Below are positions 20,984 through 36,770 of a stretch of DNA of 64,000 nt, piece by piece (position 1 is the stretch's first letter; every line of letters starts with the position of its first letter). Location: positions 116-64,115 of the forward strand of contig JBMHBX010000067.1 of assembly GCA_049890215.1 (NCBI GenBank), read 5' to 3'. The notes under the pieces are model-generated. The model ran no database searches, was not told the origin of the DNA, and saw only the letters and a program-made list of their open reading frames with translations. The stretch comes from Candidatus Puniceispirillaceae bacterium. Lineage in GTDB: Bacteria > Pseudomonadota > Alphaproteobacteria > Puniceispirillales > Puniceispirillaceae. The position numbers were made by a program, and so were the translations under genes.

Positions 20984-21748
20984 TTAATCTCCAAAAAATG
21001 AGTCAAAAGCATCATCATTATCACTTTCAACAATCTGGCCGGGCAGCCTGTCTTCTAACAGACCAGTGCGTTTTTGATAATAGACAGACCGCGCTCTGGC
21101 ATAAGGATCAAGGCTGTTATATTTTACCTCATTGATAGCTTCAAAGTCTTCTGCTCTGGCTGACACGGCAGCAACAGGCAATTGCGCAGACTGGACAGTT
21201 TGTCCTACCTCACCTGCCTGCAGGGCTGATAAGGGGTTCATCACAAAATCGACCACGCGCCCTGTCAGAGAGCGTGTCGTGTGGCCACCAAGTAAGGGGA
21301 CTTCAATATAGGATCCTTCAGGCACATTGGCTGCGGCTAATGTTTGTCCAAAATCTTCTTTGGTTGGTTGTTCATCATCAGCTGTTAAATCGGCAAAGCC
21401 AAGGGTCAGCGCATTGACGGCAAAATGAAGCACAGCCAAAGTCGCATTCTCAAACTTGCCTTGCAAGGTTGAGTTGACCGCGGTTGAAGGCAAAGAGACC
21501 CAATTGACATGGTTGCTGACCGCTTTTTGCACTCCGTTCGGCGCAACATTACGATAGCCATCTGCCACAGGCTCCAGAACATAGGTATCTGCTGCCAAAT
21601 TAAAGGCAAAAACCTGCCTGTTTGTCTCTTCATAAGGGTCACGTATATCAGAGCGCTGATCTTCTGGCAGGCTGGCACAGCCGGCCACAAATGAGGCAAT
21701 AAGCATTATCTTACAAAAGGCGCGAATATTCGAAGCATAATGAGGCAC
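20984..21748 (-). CDS. mlaA: MlaA/VacJ outer-membrane lipoprotein
   Basis: It has the lipobox FVAGC and the VacJ motifs DPYEETNRQVFAFN and NSTLQGKF. Confidence 0.85.
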   Translation of the reverse strand: MPHYASNIRAFCKIMLIASFVAGCASLPEDQRSDIRDPYEETNRQVFAFNLAADTYVLEPVADGYRNVAPNGVQKAVSNHVNWVSLPSTAVNSTLQGKFENATLAVLHFAVNALTLGFADLTADDEQPTKEDFGQTLAAANVPEGSYIEVPLLGGHTTRSLTGRVVDFVMNPLSALQAGEVGQTVQSAQLPVAAVSARAEDFEAINEVKYNSLDPYARARSVYYQKRTGLLEDRLPGQIVESDNDDAFDSFFGD

Positions 21749-21952
21749 AATGACACCTTTATCACAGTCACATAACGATGAGCTTATATGTAAAATAGCT
21801 TTGTTGTCTTGTTTTGTCTACGATACCATAGTGACGAAATGATGGCGGTGGTTATTTGCATGCGCAAAATGCTTCATTAATGACAGTGTTCCCTTTTTTA
21901 TTTTCATGATTTGTTCTATCTTATCAATTAAGATTTCATTTTTTTACAAGGT

Positions 21953-24247
21953 ATGATTAAGCCAGTGACATCAGATCTTCGCGCGCAAAATTCATCACAG
22001 CCATCACAGGATATCAGCATGCCATGGCTTGCCGGCCTGAACAGTGAACAGCACAAAGCTGTGACGACTTTAGATGGCCCGTTATTGGTGTTATCAGGGG
22101 CAGGGACAGGCAAAACACGTGTGCTGACTGCACGCATAGCACAGCTTATCGGCACACGCACCGCAATGCCGTGGAATATTCTGGCCGTGACTTTTACAAA
22201 TAAAGCGGCACGCGAGATGAAAGAGCGTCTGTCTGCCATGGTTGGGCCCATGGCAGAACAAGTTATGCTTGGCACATTTCATTCGGTAGCAGCGCGTATG
22301 CTGCGCCGTCATGCAGAATTGGTCGGCCTGACCTCCTCTTTCACTATCATTGATACAGATGATCAAATCAGGTTGCTGAAACAGGTGATGGAAGCACAAT
22401 CTGTTGATCCCAAAAGATGGCAACCACGCGCAATTCTTGCGATGATCGGAAAATGGAAAGATAAGGGGCTGACAGCGCAAAAAGTCTCAGACCATGAAGC
22501 AGGTGATTTGGCGGATGGCAAAGCGGTGGCATTATATCAAGCCTATCAGGCACGATTGAAATCATTAAACGCCGCTGATTTTGGCGATTTGCTATTGCAT
22601 CTTCTGACCATCTTTACCCAGCATCCCGATATTTTATCAGAGTATCAGAACAGATTGACTCATATATTGGTTGATGAATATCAGGATACCAATGTCGGGC
22701 AATATTTATGGTTGCGGCTTTTGGCTTCGCGGTCGAAAAATCTGTGCTGTGTGGGGGATGATGATCAGTCTATCTATGGATGGCGCGGCGCAGAAGTTGG
22801 CAATATTCTAAAATTTGAAAAAGATTATGACGGCGCTAAAATTGTGCGTCTTGAAGAAAATTACCGGTCAACAGGGCATATTCTTGCCTGTGCGTCTGCT
22901 CTGATTTCTCATAATGAAACACGTCTCGGCAAAGAGTTATATACCTCGCATGCGCAAGGCGATGCGATTCAGGTCTCAGGCTATTGGGATGGCCATGAAG
23001 AAGCACGAAGCCTGTCTTCACAAATTGAATATCTTATCAAAGATGAACATGATCTCAATCAGATTGCCGTTTTGGTGCGTGCCGGATTTCAAACCAGAGA
23101 ATTTGAAGAGCGCTTTATGGCCATTGGCCTGCCTTATCGGGTGGTGGGGACAAGATTCTATGAAAGAGCAGAGATCCGTGATGCGCTTGCTTATTTGCGC
23201 CTGATTGCAAGCCCGTCAGATGATTTGGCATTTGAGCGTATCATTAACACGCCCAAAAGAGGTCTTGGGCCAACATCCTTAAAGGCTATCTTTGCCTATG
23301 CAAGAGGCATTGATAAACCCTATCTTGAAGCAGCGCGCGCTTTGAGCGAGACTGATGAGTTAAAACCACAGGCCCGCCGCCAACTATCAGCCTTTATTGC
23401 CAAAATGGATTATTGGCGTGAAGAAGCAAAACAGCAGACTGCCAGTGATCTTGCCAGATTTGTACTTGATGATTCTGGCTATACCGAGATGTGGCAGCAA
23501 GATAAAAATCCTGATTCGCCCGGCCGGCTTGAAAACCTAAAAGAGCTTGTGACAGCGATGGATGAATTTGAAACTCTTGACGGGTTTTTAGAACATATCG
23601 CGCTTGTCACTGATACCGAAAATAGCAATCAGGATGGTGAAGTCTCTTTGATGACATTACATGCTGCCAAAGGGCTTGAATTTGACACTGTCTTTTTGCC
23701 GGGGTGGGAAGAAGGGTTATTTCCTTCTCAGCGCTCACTTGATGAAAATGGCGGTGCTGGCCTGGAAGAAGAGCGGCGTCTTGGCTATGTCGGCATTACC
23801 AGAGCGCGGCGCAATTTATTTATTTCTTTTGCCGCCAATCGGCGTGTTCATGGTTTATGGCAGGCCTGTATTCCGTCACGCTTTGTTGCAGAACTGCCAC
23901 GAGATCATATCCGCGAAGATATGGCGCAAGGTCTGTCAATCGGCCGCTCAGAGCCGATTATGATAGGCTCAGCAGATGACAGGGTCGGTCAGGCAGGTTA
24001 TGGTCCCGGATGGCAAAGGGCGGCCAGTCGCAAAGGCCAGATGACAGGCACGCCGCCTGCCAGAGATGCTGAAGGATGGACACCGCAAACAGGCAGCTCA
24101 GCCTTTGCCAAAGGAGAGCGGGTCTTTCATCAAAAATTCGGTATGGGCAATATCCGTGCAGTCGAAGGTGATAAGCTTGAAATTGCCTTTGACAGAGCCG
24201 GACGCAAGAAAGTGGTCGCAAGCTTTGTCGAAAAAATGTCTGGCTAA
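21953..24247 (+). CDS. uvrD: UvrD/PcrA/Rep-family SF1 DNA helicase
   Basis: Helicase motifs GAGTGKT, DEYQDTN, VGDDDQSIYGWRGA, TLHAAKGLEF and YVGITRA are present, with a C-terminal FHQKFGMG Tudor-like tail. An alternative start is at M23 (22019). Confidence 0.9.
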   Translation: MIKPVTSDLRAQNSSQPSQDISMPWLAGLNSEQHKAVTTLDGPLLVLSGAGTGKTRVLTARIAQLIGTRTAMPWNILAVTFTNKAAREMKERLSAMVGPMAEQVMLGTFHSVAARMLRRHAELVGLTSSFTIIDTDDQIRLLKQVMEAQSVDPKRWQPRAILAMIGKWKDKGLTAQKVSDHEAGDLADGKAVALYQAYQARLKSLNAADFGDLLLHLLTIFTQHPDILSEYQNRLTHILVDEYQDTNVGQYLWLRLLASRSKNLCCVGDDDQSIYGWRGAEVGNILKFEKDYDGAKIVRLEENYRSTGHILACASALISHNETRLGKELYTSHAQGDAIQVSGYWDGHEEARSLSSQIEYLIKDEHDLNQIAVLVRAGFQTREFEERFMAIGLPYRVVGTRFYERAEIRDALAYLRLIASPSDDLAFERIINTPKRGLGPTSLKAIFAYARGIDKPYLEAARALSETDELKPQARRQLSAFIAKMDYWREEAKQQTASDLARFVLDDSGYTEMWQQDKNPDSPGRLENLKELVTAMDEFETLDGFLEHIALVTDTENSNQDGEVSLMTLHAAKGLEFDTVFLPGWEEGLFPSQRSLDENGGAGLEEERRLGYVGITRARRNLFISFAANRRVHGLWQACIPSRFVAELPRDHIREDMAQGLSIGRSEPIMIGSADDRVGQAGYGPGWQRAASRKGQMTGTPPARDAEGWTPQTGSSAFAKGERVFHQKFGMGNIRAVEGDKLEIAFDRAGRKKVVASFVEKMSG

Positions 24248-24256
24248 AGGGAAGGT

Positions 24257-25164
24257 GTGATTATGATGACATCACAAAGCTGGTCTATCCGGTTTGAAAC
24301 AAGTGATGAGACTGTTAGCTATGAGACAGCGCTGACAGAGATATGCGGCGTCTTGGCGATATCTGTCTCACGCCCCTATCTTGATGCGCCTTATTGGGTG
24401 GTTGAGGGGTTTTGCGATTTTGCGCCTGATGAGGCGGTTGTCGCACAAGCGCTTCAAATAGCCTCTTGTGATCAGATAGCGCCTGACTTTTCCATTATCG
24501 CTTATGGGGAACGAGACTGGCTTGCTGAGAACAGGGCGCAATTTCCGGCGCTTCATATTGGCAGGTTATGGGTACATGGCGCTCATATCAAAGACAGGCC
24601 ACCTGCCGGCTCAAAGGCGCTTCATGTGGAAGCTGCCGAAGCGTTCGGCTCAGGCACACACCCAACCACTGAGGGCTGTTTGCGTCTGATAGATGATTTG
24701 CTGAAAAAGACAAAGCCAAAACAAGTGCTGGATTTAGGGGCAGGCAGTGCCATTTTGGCAATGGCCATTGCCAAATTATCGCCATCTGCCAATTTGATCG
24801 CCTCTGACATTGATCAGATCGCAACCAATACCGCGACTGCTAATCGCAGGCTTAACGCCATTGCCCCACAGAAAATGCGCTGTGTGACTTCAAAGGGATT
24901 TGCTCATCGCGCTATGCATGATTATGGGCCCTATGATTTAGTGGTGGCCAATATTCTGGCAGGGCCGCTAAAACAAATGGCACCAGAGATAGCGCGCCAT
25001 CTCCGCAAGCAGGGTTATCTTATTTTATCTGGTATTTTATCATCACAAGAGCGCCAGATTAGGGCCGTTTACCGCGCTAATGGTCTTGTGATCACAAATC
25101 GTCTTCGCATAGGAGACTGGTCAGCTCTTATGCTTCGTTTTGCCCGGAATAAAGAGGCGGTATC

Positions 25165-25168
<4 letters not shown>
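24257..25168 (+). CDS. prmA: Ribosomal protein L11 methyltransferase PrmA
   Basis: It has GSGTHPTT and the SAM-binding motif LDLGAGSAILAMA. The start is either the GTG at 24257 or the ATG at 24263. Confidence 0.85.
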
Positions 25169-30674
<5,506 letters not shown>

Positions 30675-30680
30675 GACACT

Positions 30681-31505
30681 TTAATCAAACACCGAGAGAG
30701 TTTTGGTAAACAGCCCTTCCACAAAGCCTTGTGGGGCCGGGCGGTTTGGATCATCAACCAGCTCAATCGCACGAACTGTCCAGATGGATTGCGGATAATT
30801 ATATTCTGCAACCTGCAATACGCGCAACGCTTCCTCACGAAGACCAAGTGATAAATAAGCCTCTGTCAGGCGATAAAGGGCTTCTGGCACCTGATTGGTT
30901 GTATCATAGTCACGCACTACCACTTTGAATCTGGCAATGGCAGCACCAAAGTGACCGCCATCAAGATAAAAACGGCCAACAGACATTTCCTTGCCTGCCA
31001 GATGTGAGCGTGTCAAATCAAGCTTAAGCTGACTATCTCTGGCATAAAGGCCATTCGGAAAGCGGCGCAATAAATCTTCAAAGGCCTGTTTTGCGTCTCT
31101 GGTCATGGCAGCATCACGCTCTACATTGACGATTTGCTCATAATAACAAAGCGCCCGCAAATAATAGGCATATTCTGTCAATTCGCCGGCCGCCGGATTT
31201 AATTCAATAAATCTGTCCAGAGCGGCTATCGCGCGTGGATATTGGTTATCCTGATAAAAGGACCAGGCGGCCATCACCTGTGCTTGTGTGGCCCATTTGG
31301 AATAAGGGTGCTGGCGTTCAACTTCTTCAAATTTTGGTGCCGCGGCTTTGGCTGATTCATTCAAAGCGGTGTCAAGCGCTTCATTATACAAAACCTCAAC
31401 CGGCTTTTCTTCTTGCACGAGCAATGAGGCTTCGTCATTTGATGAACAGGCAAATAGCAGGACACAGGCGCTTATAAGGCACAGTTGTCTTAAAGTATGT
31501 ATCAT
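30681..31505 (-). CDS. bamD: Outer-membrane protein assembly factor BamD
   Basis: The lipobox LLFAC follows the start at MIHTLRQ, and I trimmed the ORF start to 31505. TPR-like repeats are present. Its position between lpxC and recN matches other alphaproteobacteria. Confidence 0.85.
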   Translation of the reverse strand: MIHTLRQLCLISACVLLFACSSNDEASLLVQEEKPVEVLYNEALDTALNESAKAAAPKFEEVERQHPYSKWATQAQVMAAWSFYQDNQYPRAIAALDRFIELNPAAGELTEYAYYLRALCYYEQIVNVERDAAMTRDAKQAFEDLLRRFPNGLYARDSQLKLDLTRSHLAGKEMSVGRFYLDGGHFGAAIARFKVVVRDYDTTNQVPEALYRLTEAYLSLGLREEALRVLQVAEYNYPQSIWTVRAIELVDDPNRPAPQGFVEGLFTKTLSVFD

Positions 31506-31659
31506 CACTCTTAACGTCTCACGGCAGATTAATCTCACCTTTTATTTATAGCGTATTTGCCGCGAGGATAAAGGGGGAAATTACGCAATCACACACGACC
31601 ACACATCTTTTAAGCCATGGTTATGCTGATGAAGACAGGTGTGTTTGCACTTGCTGCTG

Positions 31660-32589
31660 TTATGCGCTTGCAGCCAGAGGCACTGCGGTTGCGTCAACAG
31701 CTTCGACTGACGGGGCAACTGAGATATCACCTTCGCGCAAGACAATGCGATAGGCGCTTGGGTCACGAAGCAGGGCTTGTACAAGCAAAGTGCTTAAACG
31801 GTGACCAGGCAAATGTGCGCTAAGACAGCCAATAAGAGGCATGCCGACAAGGAATAAATCACCTATGCAATCAAGGGCTTTATGTTTGACGCACTCATCT
31901 TTCATGCGCAGGCCGCCTTCATTGAGGATTTTGCCTTCATCATAAACAAGAGCGTTATCAAGTGACCCGCCTTTGCCAAATCCTGCCAGACGCATCTTTT
32001 CCACGTCTGAGAACATGCAGAATGTTCTGGCAAGCGCGATTTCATCTGCAAAATGTTCATCTGCCATGTCAAAATGCAGATTTTGTTTGCCAATGCCAGG
32101 ATCGCTAAAATCAATATCAATATCAAGCTGAAGTGACTTGGCAGGTGATAATTGTGCCCATGCGCCATTATCCAATTGGACGCGCACTGGTGAAAGAATT
32201 TCAAGATATGTGCGGTGACTGTCAAGCGGCATAATGCCAGCCTTATTCAGCGCCTCAACGATCATAGCGCTTGAGCCGTCATAAATTGGCACTTCAGGGC
32301 CATCAAGCTCAACCAGAATATTGTCAATGCCAAGGCCGTGAAAGGCAGCCATCAGATGTTCGATCATACGCACTTCTGTGCCAGCTTTATTTTTGATGGT
32401 TGTGCAAAGCTGCGTTTCAATTGCATTGGCAGCATGTGCCAATACATAACCATCATCTTCACCAATATCTGAACGCAGGAATAAAATGCCGGTGTCTGCG
32501 ATAGCCGGACGCATGATCACTCTGGTAAAGCGACCGGAATGCACACCGATCCCCGCCATTTCGATTGTCGCCTTGATCGTTGTTTGCAT
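31660..32589 (-). CDS. lpxC: UDP-3-O-acyl-N-acetylglucosamine deacetylase LpxC
   Basis: It has the N-terminus MQTTIK...GIGVHSG, plus HLMAAF and KHKALDCIGDL. The start was trimmed to M28 of the ORF. Confidence 0.9.
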   Translation of the reverse strand: MQTTIKATIEMAGIGVHSGRFTRVIMRPAIADTGILFLRSDIGEDDGYVLAHAANAIETQLCTTIKNKAGTEVRMIEHLMAAFHGLGIDNILVELDGPEVPIYDGSSAMIVEALNKAGIMPLDSHRTYLEILSPVRVQLDNGAWAQLSPAKSLQLDIDIDFSDPGIGKQNLHFDMADEHFADEIALARTFCMFSDVEKMRLAGFGKGGSLDNALVYDEGKILNEGGLRMKDECVKHKALDCIGDLFLVGMPLIGCLSAHLPGHRLSTLLVQALLRDPSAYRIVLREGDISVAPSVEAVDATAVPLAASA

Positions 32590-32736
32590 CGTGCCCATGC
32601 TTGATGAGCCATTTGCATCTATGGCTGTTTGTTTCAACAGATACTCTCCCCTTGATGACAGATTAGTCAATCATCAGTGAAGCTTAAATTATACAAGCCT
32701 GTTTGGAATGCCAAATCACTTTACTGTAACCTTTTG

Positions 32737-32767
32737 TAGCAGTCTGCCGATGCCTGGCAGACTGCTA
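32737..32767 (-). terminator. Perfect 12-bp hairpin between ftsZ and lpxC (no U-tract)
   Basis: TAGCAGTCTGCC and GGCAGACTGCTA are separated by 7 nt. Neither strand has a T-run after the stem, so it may be an attenuator or stability element rather than a classical terminator. Confidence 0.3.
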
Positions 32768-32794
32768 TCATTGAAGGGTGTGACTGGCAAAGGC

Positions 32795-34495
32795 CTAATT
32801 TGCCTGACGGCGCAAGAAAGCTGGTATATCCAGCTCATCATCTGCCTCATCTTTATCAGATGATGACTGTTGACCAATTGGCAGCGTTTCTTGCAAAGCA
32901 GCGCCTCTTGATAAGTTCAAGATGGCAGGTGCTTCTGGTGCGGCAGGCTCCCCAGCGACTGGTGCTTCTGCCTCTTCTGCTTTGCCTCGAGGGCGCCACA
33001 GACCTGAGATCTGCCTGATAAGAGACGGGCGCGTCTCTGGTATCGGGTCTGTCTGAGATACCACATCGGCTGCATCCACGCTCAAAGGCTCTGAGGGGAT
33101 GAAGCTGTCTTGCGGTGCAGGTGCCATGCTTTCAGCTTCTTGTGCCAAATCATCGATACGCGCGACCGCTTCTTCAAGATCTAGCTGAGCTGTGTCATTG
33201 TCTGATGAAGCCTCTGCTTGCGCGTCTTGCTGATCAGATGACGAGGTGACCTCTTGATCCATAACAGGCTCTTGCGTCATGGCTGGCATTTCCTGGTTAT
33301 CTTCAGGCACATCTCCCATCATCACAGGGACATCTGAATCCAGACGATCTGCCATCTCAGGCATAGAGCCATCCATTACCTTTGTCGGTATGGGCGCATC
33401 AAAGGCTGTGTCTTCTGGCAATTTGACATTGCTGTCTTCTTTTGCCGCGGCCTCATCGCTGCTCAGACCAGTTGCAATGCCAGCGGTATTTGGCCTCATT
33501 GGGGCCGGAATCGGCGCTGCAATTGAATTGGCATCAATACCGGTTGCGACAACAGACACACGAATCGTGCCGTCCAGAGAGTCATCAATGGCTGAGCCAA
33601 AGATCAGATTGGCATCTTCATCAACTTCACGTCTGATACGTTGCACAGCTTCGTCAACTTCGTAAAAACCAAGTTCAGGGCCACCTGTGACATTAACGAT
33701 AAGCGCTTTGGCACCAAGCAAAGTGGTGTCTTCAAGAAGCGGGTTATTAATGGCAGTTTCAGCAGCGATAATAGCTCTGTTTTCACCAGACGCTTCGCCT
33801 GTACCCATCATGGCTTTGCCCATCTCAGTCATCACTGAGCGGATATCAGCAAAATCAAGATTGATAATGCCAGGCTTTAGCATCAGATCTGTGACACCGC
33901 TAACACCCTGATATAGCACTTCATCTGCCATATGGAAGGCATCTGCAAAAGTTGTGCGCTCATTTGTGACATGGAACAAATTCTGGTTCGGCACAACGAT
34001 GAGTGTGTCAACATGCGCGGCAAGCTGTTCTATGCCTGTATTGGCCTGTTTCATGCGGCGCGGGCCTTCAAATTCAAACGGTTTGGTGACAACACCCACC
34101 GTTAAAATGCCATTTTCACGAGCGGCTCTGGCAATCACAGGTGCTGCGCCTGTGCCTGTGCCACCACCCATACCGGCAGTGATAAAGACCATGTTACAAT
34201 CATGCAATTCAGCAATGACCTCATTCATGGATTCTTCAGCCGCCTGGCGTCCGATATCTGGTTTTGATCCTGCGCCAAGACCGGCGGTAAGATTCGTGCC
34301 AAGTTGGATTTTGCGTGGCGCCAGAGAATGGGCCAATGCCTGGCCATCTGTGTTTGCCACAAGAAAATCAACACCATCTAAATTGGCATTGATCATATTA
34401 TTGACAGCGTTGCATCCTGCGCCGCCAACACCGATAACAGTAATGCGCGGGCGTAGCTCTTGCATTGTCTGTGGTACAGTCAGGTTGATACTCAT
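32795..34495 (-). CDS. ftsZ: Cell division GTPase FtsZ (long-linker alpha-type)
   Basis: It has [13 protein letters not shown] and the tubulin signature [10 protein letters not shown]. An acidic linker of about 230 aa precedes the conserved C-terminal peptide [11 protein letters not shown]. Confidence 0.98.
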   Translation of the reverse strand: MSINLTVPQTMQELRPRITVIGVGGAGCNAVNNMINANLDGVDFLVANTDGQALAHSLAPRKIQLGTNLTAGLGAGSKPDIGRQAAEESMNEVIAELHDCNMVFITAGMGGGTGTGAAPVIARAARENGILTVGVVTKPFEFEGPRRMKQANTGIEQLAAHVDTLIVVPNQNLFHVTNERTTFADAFHMADEVLYQGVSGVTDLMLKPGIINLDFADIRSVMTEMGKAMMGTGEASGENRAIIAAETAINNPLLEDTTLLGAKALIVNVTGGPELGFYEVDEAVQRIRREVDEDANLIFGSAIDDSLDGTIRVSVVATGIDANSIAAPIPAPMRPNTAGIATGLSSDEAAAKEDSNVKLPEDTAFDAPIPTKVMDGSMPEMADRLDSDVPVMMGDVPEDNQEMPAMTQEPVMDQEVTSSSDQQDAQAEASSDNDTAQLDLEEAVARIDDLAQEAESMAPAPQDSFIPSEPLSVDAADVVSQTDPIPETRPSLIRQISGLWRPRGKAEEAEAPVAGEPAAPEAPAILNLSRGAALQETLPIGQQSSSDKDEADDELDIPAFLRRQAN

Positions 34496-34632
34496 TTTAG
34501 CCTCCCTTCAATTTTAAGGCTTATTATGTTTGCTATGTACCTCATAGCGGAGGATCTGCCATGATGATTTGTCTCATCACAGCTTAGATTCAGGTTCACA
34601 TTAGCGCGCTTCATCACAGCTCCTTTTGCTCA

Positions 34633-35943
34633 TCACAGATGCGTGCGCAGCCACATGCCAAGGCGCCCAAAAGGCGTTTTTGACAAAATGGCAGGGTGAA
34701 ATTCTGTCAGCTCTTCTTCTGCTGATTTGGCAACATGCAAAGCCATGCCAACAAGCGCAGAGAAAGCCGGATTAGAAGAATGCTCATCAAGTCCCATAAT
34801 ATGATGCGGCGTGGCAAGCGTGGCGCGCCTCTTCCAATATTGAGAGACAAAATCAGCCATGCCTGTCAGCTGGCTTGCACCGCCTGTCAGCACAACACGC
34901 TGGCCAATATGATTGCCAAGACCTGCTTCTTTCAGCTTGCCAAATATCAGATCCAATATCTCTTCTACTCTTGGTCTGATGATATCGCTTAGCAATTGTC
35001 TGTTGATGGTCTCTCCATTTGGCAGGGTAAGATCCTGCATTTGATAGGCGCTTGCTGCGGGAATAAAATTATCACCTGCTGCCAGAAATGGCGGCGGTGA
35101 TAAGATATTGCCAATGGCTTCACCATGAGATGGCGTAATGGCACCTTCCATCGCCTTCAGCCTTTCTGCATCAGAGACAGAGACAGATAAAATACGTGCA
35201 ATATCTCTTGTGATCTGGTGACCGCCCACAGGGACTGAGGCAATACCGACAACCCCATTATTCAAAAACAGGGCTGCAGAGGTTGTGCCGCCCCCCATAT
35301 CAACGACCAAAGCGCCAAGATCAGCTTCTTCTTCAGATAAACAGGCAAGGCCAGACGCATAGGCACAATGGCCAACACGCCCCATAGACAGATGATTATG
35401 CTGCACTGCCTCAGACAGGTTCATATAGGCTGTGGCAGACATAGATATGCCGGTCGCATCAAGTGCCAGATGACTGGCACGCATACCTCTTGGATTTTGC
35501 ACAATCTGGCTTTTATCAATGATGTAATGCAGGCGTTCAGACGCGATAAGGCACCGCCCTTCCGGCAAGGCAATTTGTAATTGTTTTGCCAGTAAGCGGC
35601 CAATATCACGTTTGCTGATGATGGCATCTGTCAGCTCAAGCTGATAGCGATCTATTTGTGAAGAGACCTGTCCGCCCGGCATGACAAGATGAAGATCTTT
35701 GATTGTCAGCCCTGCTTTTCTTTCTGCTGTTTCAACGACTTTGCCGACTGTCTCACTAAACAGGACAAGATCAGAAATCTCACCTCTTTGAATGCCGGCA
35801 GAGGCATGCATCGCATAAGATAAGATATTCAGCTTACCACCTGCCGGCTCTACAATCAGGCAACCAAGCTTTGATGATCCAACATCAAGAACCGCAAAAG
35901 GTCCTTTGACAGAGATAGCTTTCATTGGGGTCAATGCACTCAT
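34633..35943 (-). CDS. ftsA: Cell division protein FtsA
   Basis: It has the actin-like ATPase motifs DVGSSK and DMGGGTTS, and lies between ftsQ and ftsZ. Confidence 0.95.
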   Translation of the reverse strand: MSALTPMKAISVKGPFAVLDVGSSKLGCLIVEPAGGKLNILSYAMHASAGIQRGEISDLVLFSETVGKVVETAERKAGLTIKDLHLVMPGGQVSSQIDRYQLELTDAIISKRDIGRLLAKQLQIALPEGRCLIASERLHYIIDKSQIVQNPRGMRASHLALDATGISMSATAYMNLSEAVQHNHLSMGRVGHCAYASGLACLSEEEADLGALVVDMGGGTTSAALFLNNGVVGIASVPVGGHQITRDIARILSVSVSDAERLKAMEGAITPSHGEAIGNILSPPPFLAAGDNFIPAASAYQMQDLTLPNGETINRQLLSDIIRPRVEEILDLIFGKLKEAGLGNHIGQRVVLTGGASQLTGMADFVSQYWKRRATLATPHHIMGLDEHSSNPAFSALVGMALHVAKSAEEELTEFHPAILSKTPFGRLGMWLRTHL

Positions 35944-36770
35944 GTCTTTTGCCCTCTTTTGCTAAGTGGCAGGTTAGGTTCCACGATAAATTGCCCTGAT
36001 ACACGCATATCAATAACTGCCAAATCGCGTTTCATGATTTGCTTTTGGCGGTCAATGATAGCCAATTTGGACCAGGCAAGTACGGCGTCTTTTTCAGGCA
36101 GTCTGACAGCCAGACCTGTTTTCAGATGCACATCCCATCGTCTGTTTGACACGCGCTGCAAGGCCCATACATCTGAGAAAAGCTCCGGCTCAGTGCGCAA
36201 CTCTTCTATGATGAATTTTGCCTGCTCTGCGGCCCCTTCACCTGATACGACCGGCAAATGGCTGAAATTGGCAGCTTGTGCGCCAAAGATGATACTGCCT
36301 GTCTCATCAATCAGACGGTGACCTGCGGTTGTTTGCAACAAGGCAAGCGGGCGGCGCTCTGTTAAGGATATCTCTATCGCATCAGGATAGATACGCGCGA
36401 CTTTGGCTGATTTCACCCATCCAAGCTGTTCCAGATTATGTTGTATCTCGGCAAGGGACAAAGATAATAACGGCGTGCCGTAAGAGGCGCCTACAGCAGA
36501 TTTAATATGCGCATCACTTGTAAAATTACGCCCTTTTACATGAATATCTGACAAGGCAAATCCCTGATTTGCGCTTATCTGATAAGCGCTTGTGATCAGC
36601 GCCTGCCTGCCTGTCCATATAAAGACACAAGCTGTTATGACACCAAGGCATAGCCCGCCCTTGATAGCGCGCTTTACAAAAGGCAAATTAAATGATTTGG
36701 CGCGGCCTCGCGGGGCCTCTTTTCTTTGCATATCGCTATTGTCTTTTTTGAAAAAACTCAATCGTCGCAT
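35940..36770 (-). CDS. ftsQ: Cell division protein FtsQ
   Basis: A single TM segment is followed by a POTRA-like region. It lies in the ddl-ftsQ-ftsA position with 4-nt stop/start overlap with ftsA. Confidence 0.85.
   Translation of the reverse strand: MRRLSFFKKDNSDMQRKEAPRGRAKSFNLPFVKRAIKGGLCLGVITACVFIWTGRQALITSAYQISANQGFALSDIHVKGRNFTSDAHIKSAVGASYGTPLLSLSLAEIQHNLEQLGWVKSAKVARIYPDAIEISLTERRPLALLQTTAGHRLIDETGSIIFGAQAANFSHLPVVSGEGAAEQAKFIIEELRTEPELFSDVWALQRVSNRRWDVHLKTGLAVRLPEKDAVLAWSKLAIIDRQKQIMKRDLAVIDMRVSGQFIVEPNLPLSKRGQKT

Noticed and set aside
21749-21952. A search for SOS/LexA boxes (GTTC-N7-GTTC or CTGT-N8-ACAG types) upstream of uvrD, and in the 3' end of bamD upstream of recN (30675-30800).
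   Set aside because: Only isolated half-sites with wrong spacing were found (for example GTTC...N21...GTTC), and nothing matched either consensus.
33954-34517. A 187-aa ORF antisense to ftsZ. Similar antisense ORFs of 171, 189 and 176 aa lie over ddl/murB (37578-38093), murB/murC (38382-38951) and murE/ftsI (47439-47969).
   Set aside because: These are shadow ORFs of highly conserved dcw genes, with no independent start context or motifs.
34496-34632. CtrA-type TTAA-N7-TTAA boxes or clustered GANTC sites in the ftsA-ftsZ intergenic region. The AT-rich region at 59520-59545 was also checked.
   Set aside because: I found only one GANTC (GATTC) and no correctly spaced TTAA pairs. The TTAA pair near 59523/59538 has N11 spacing.
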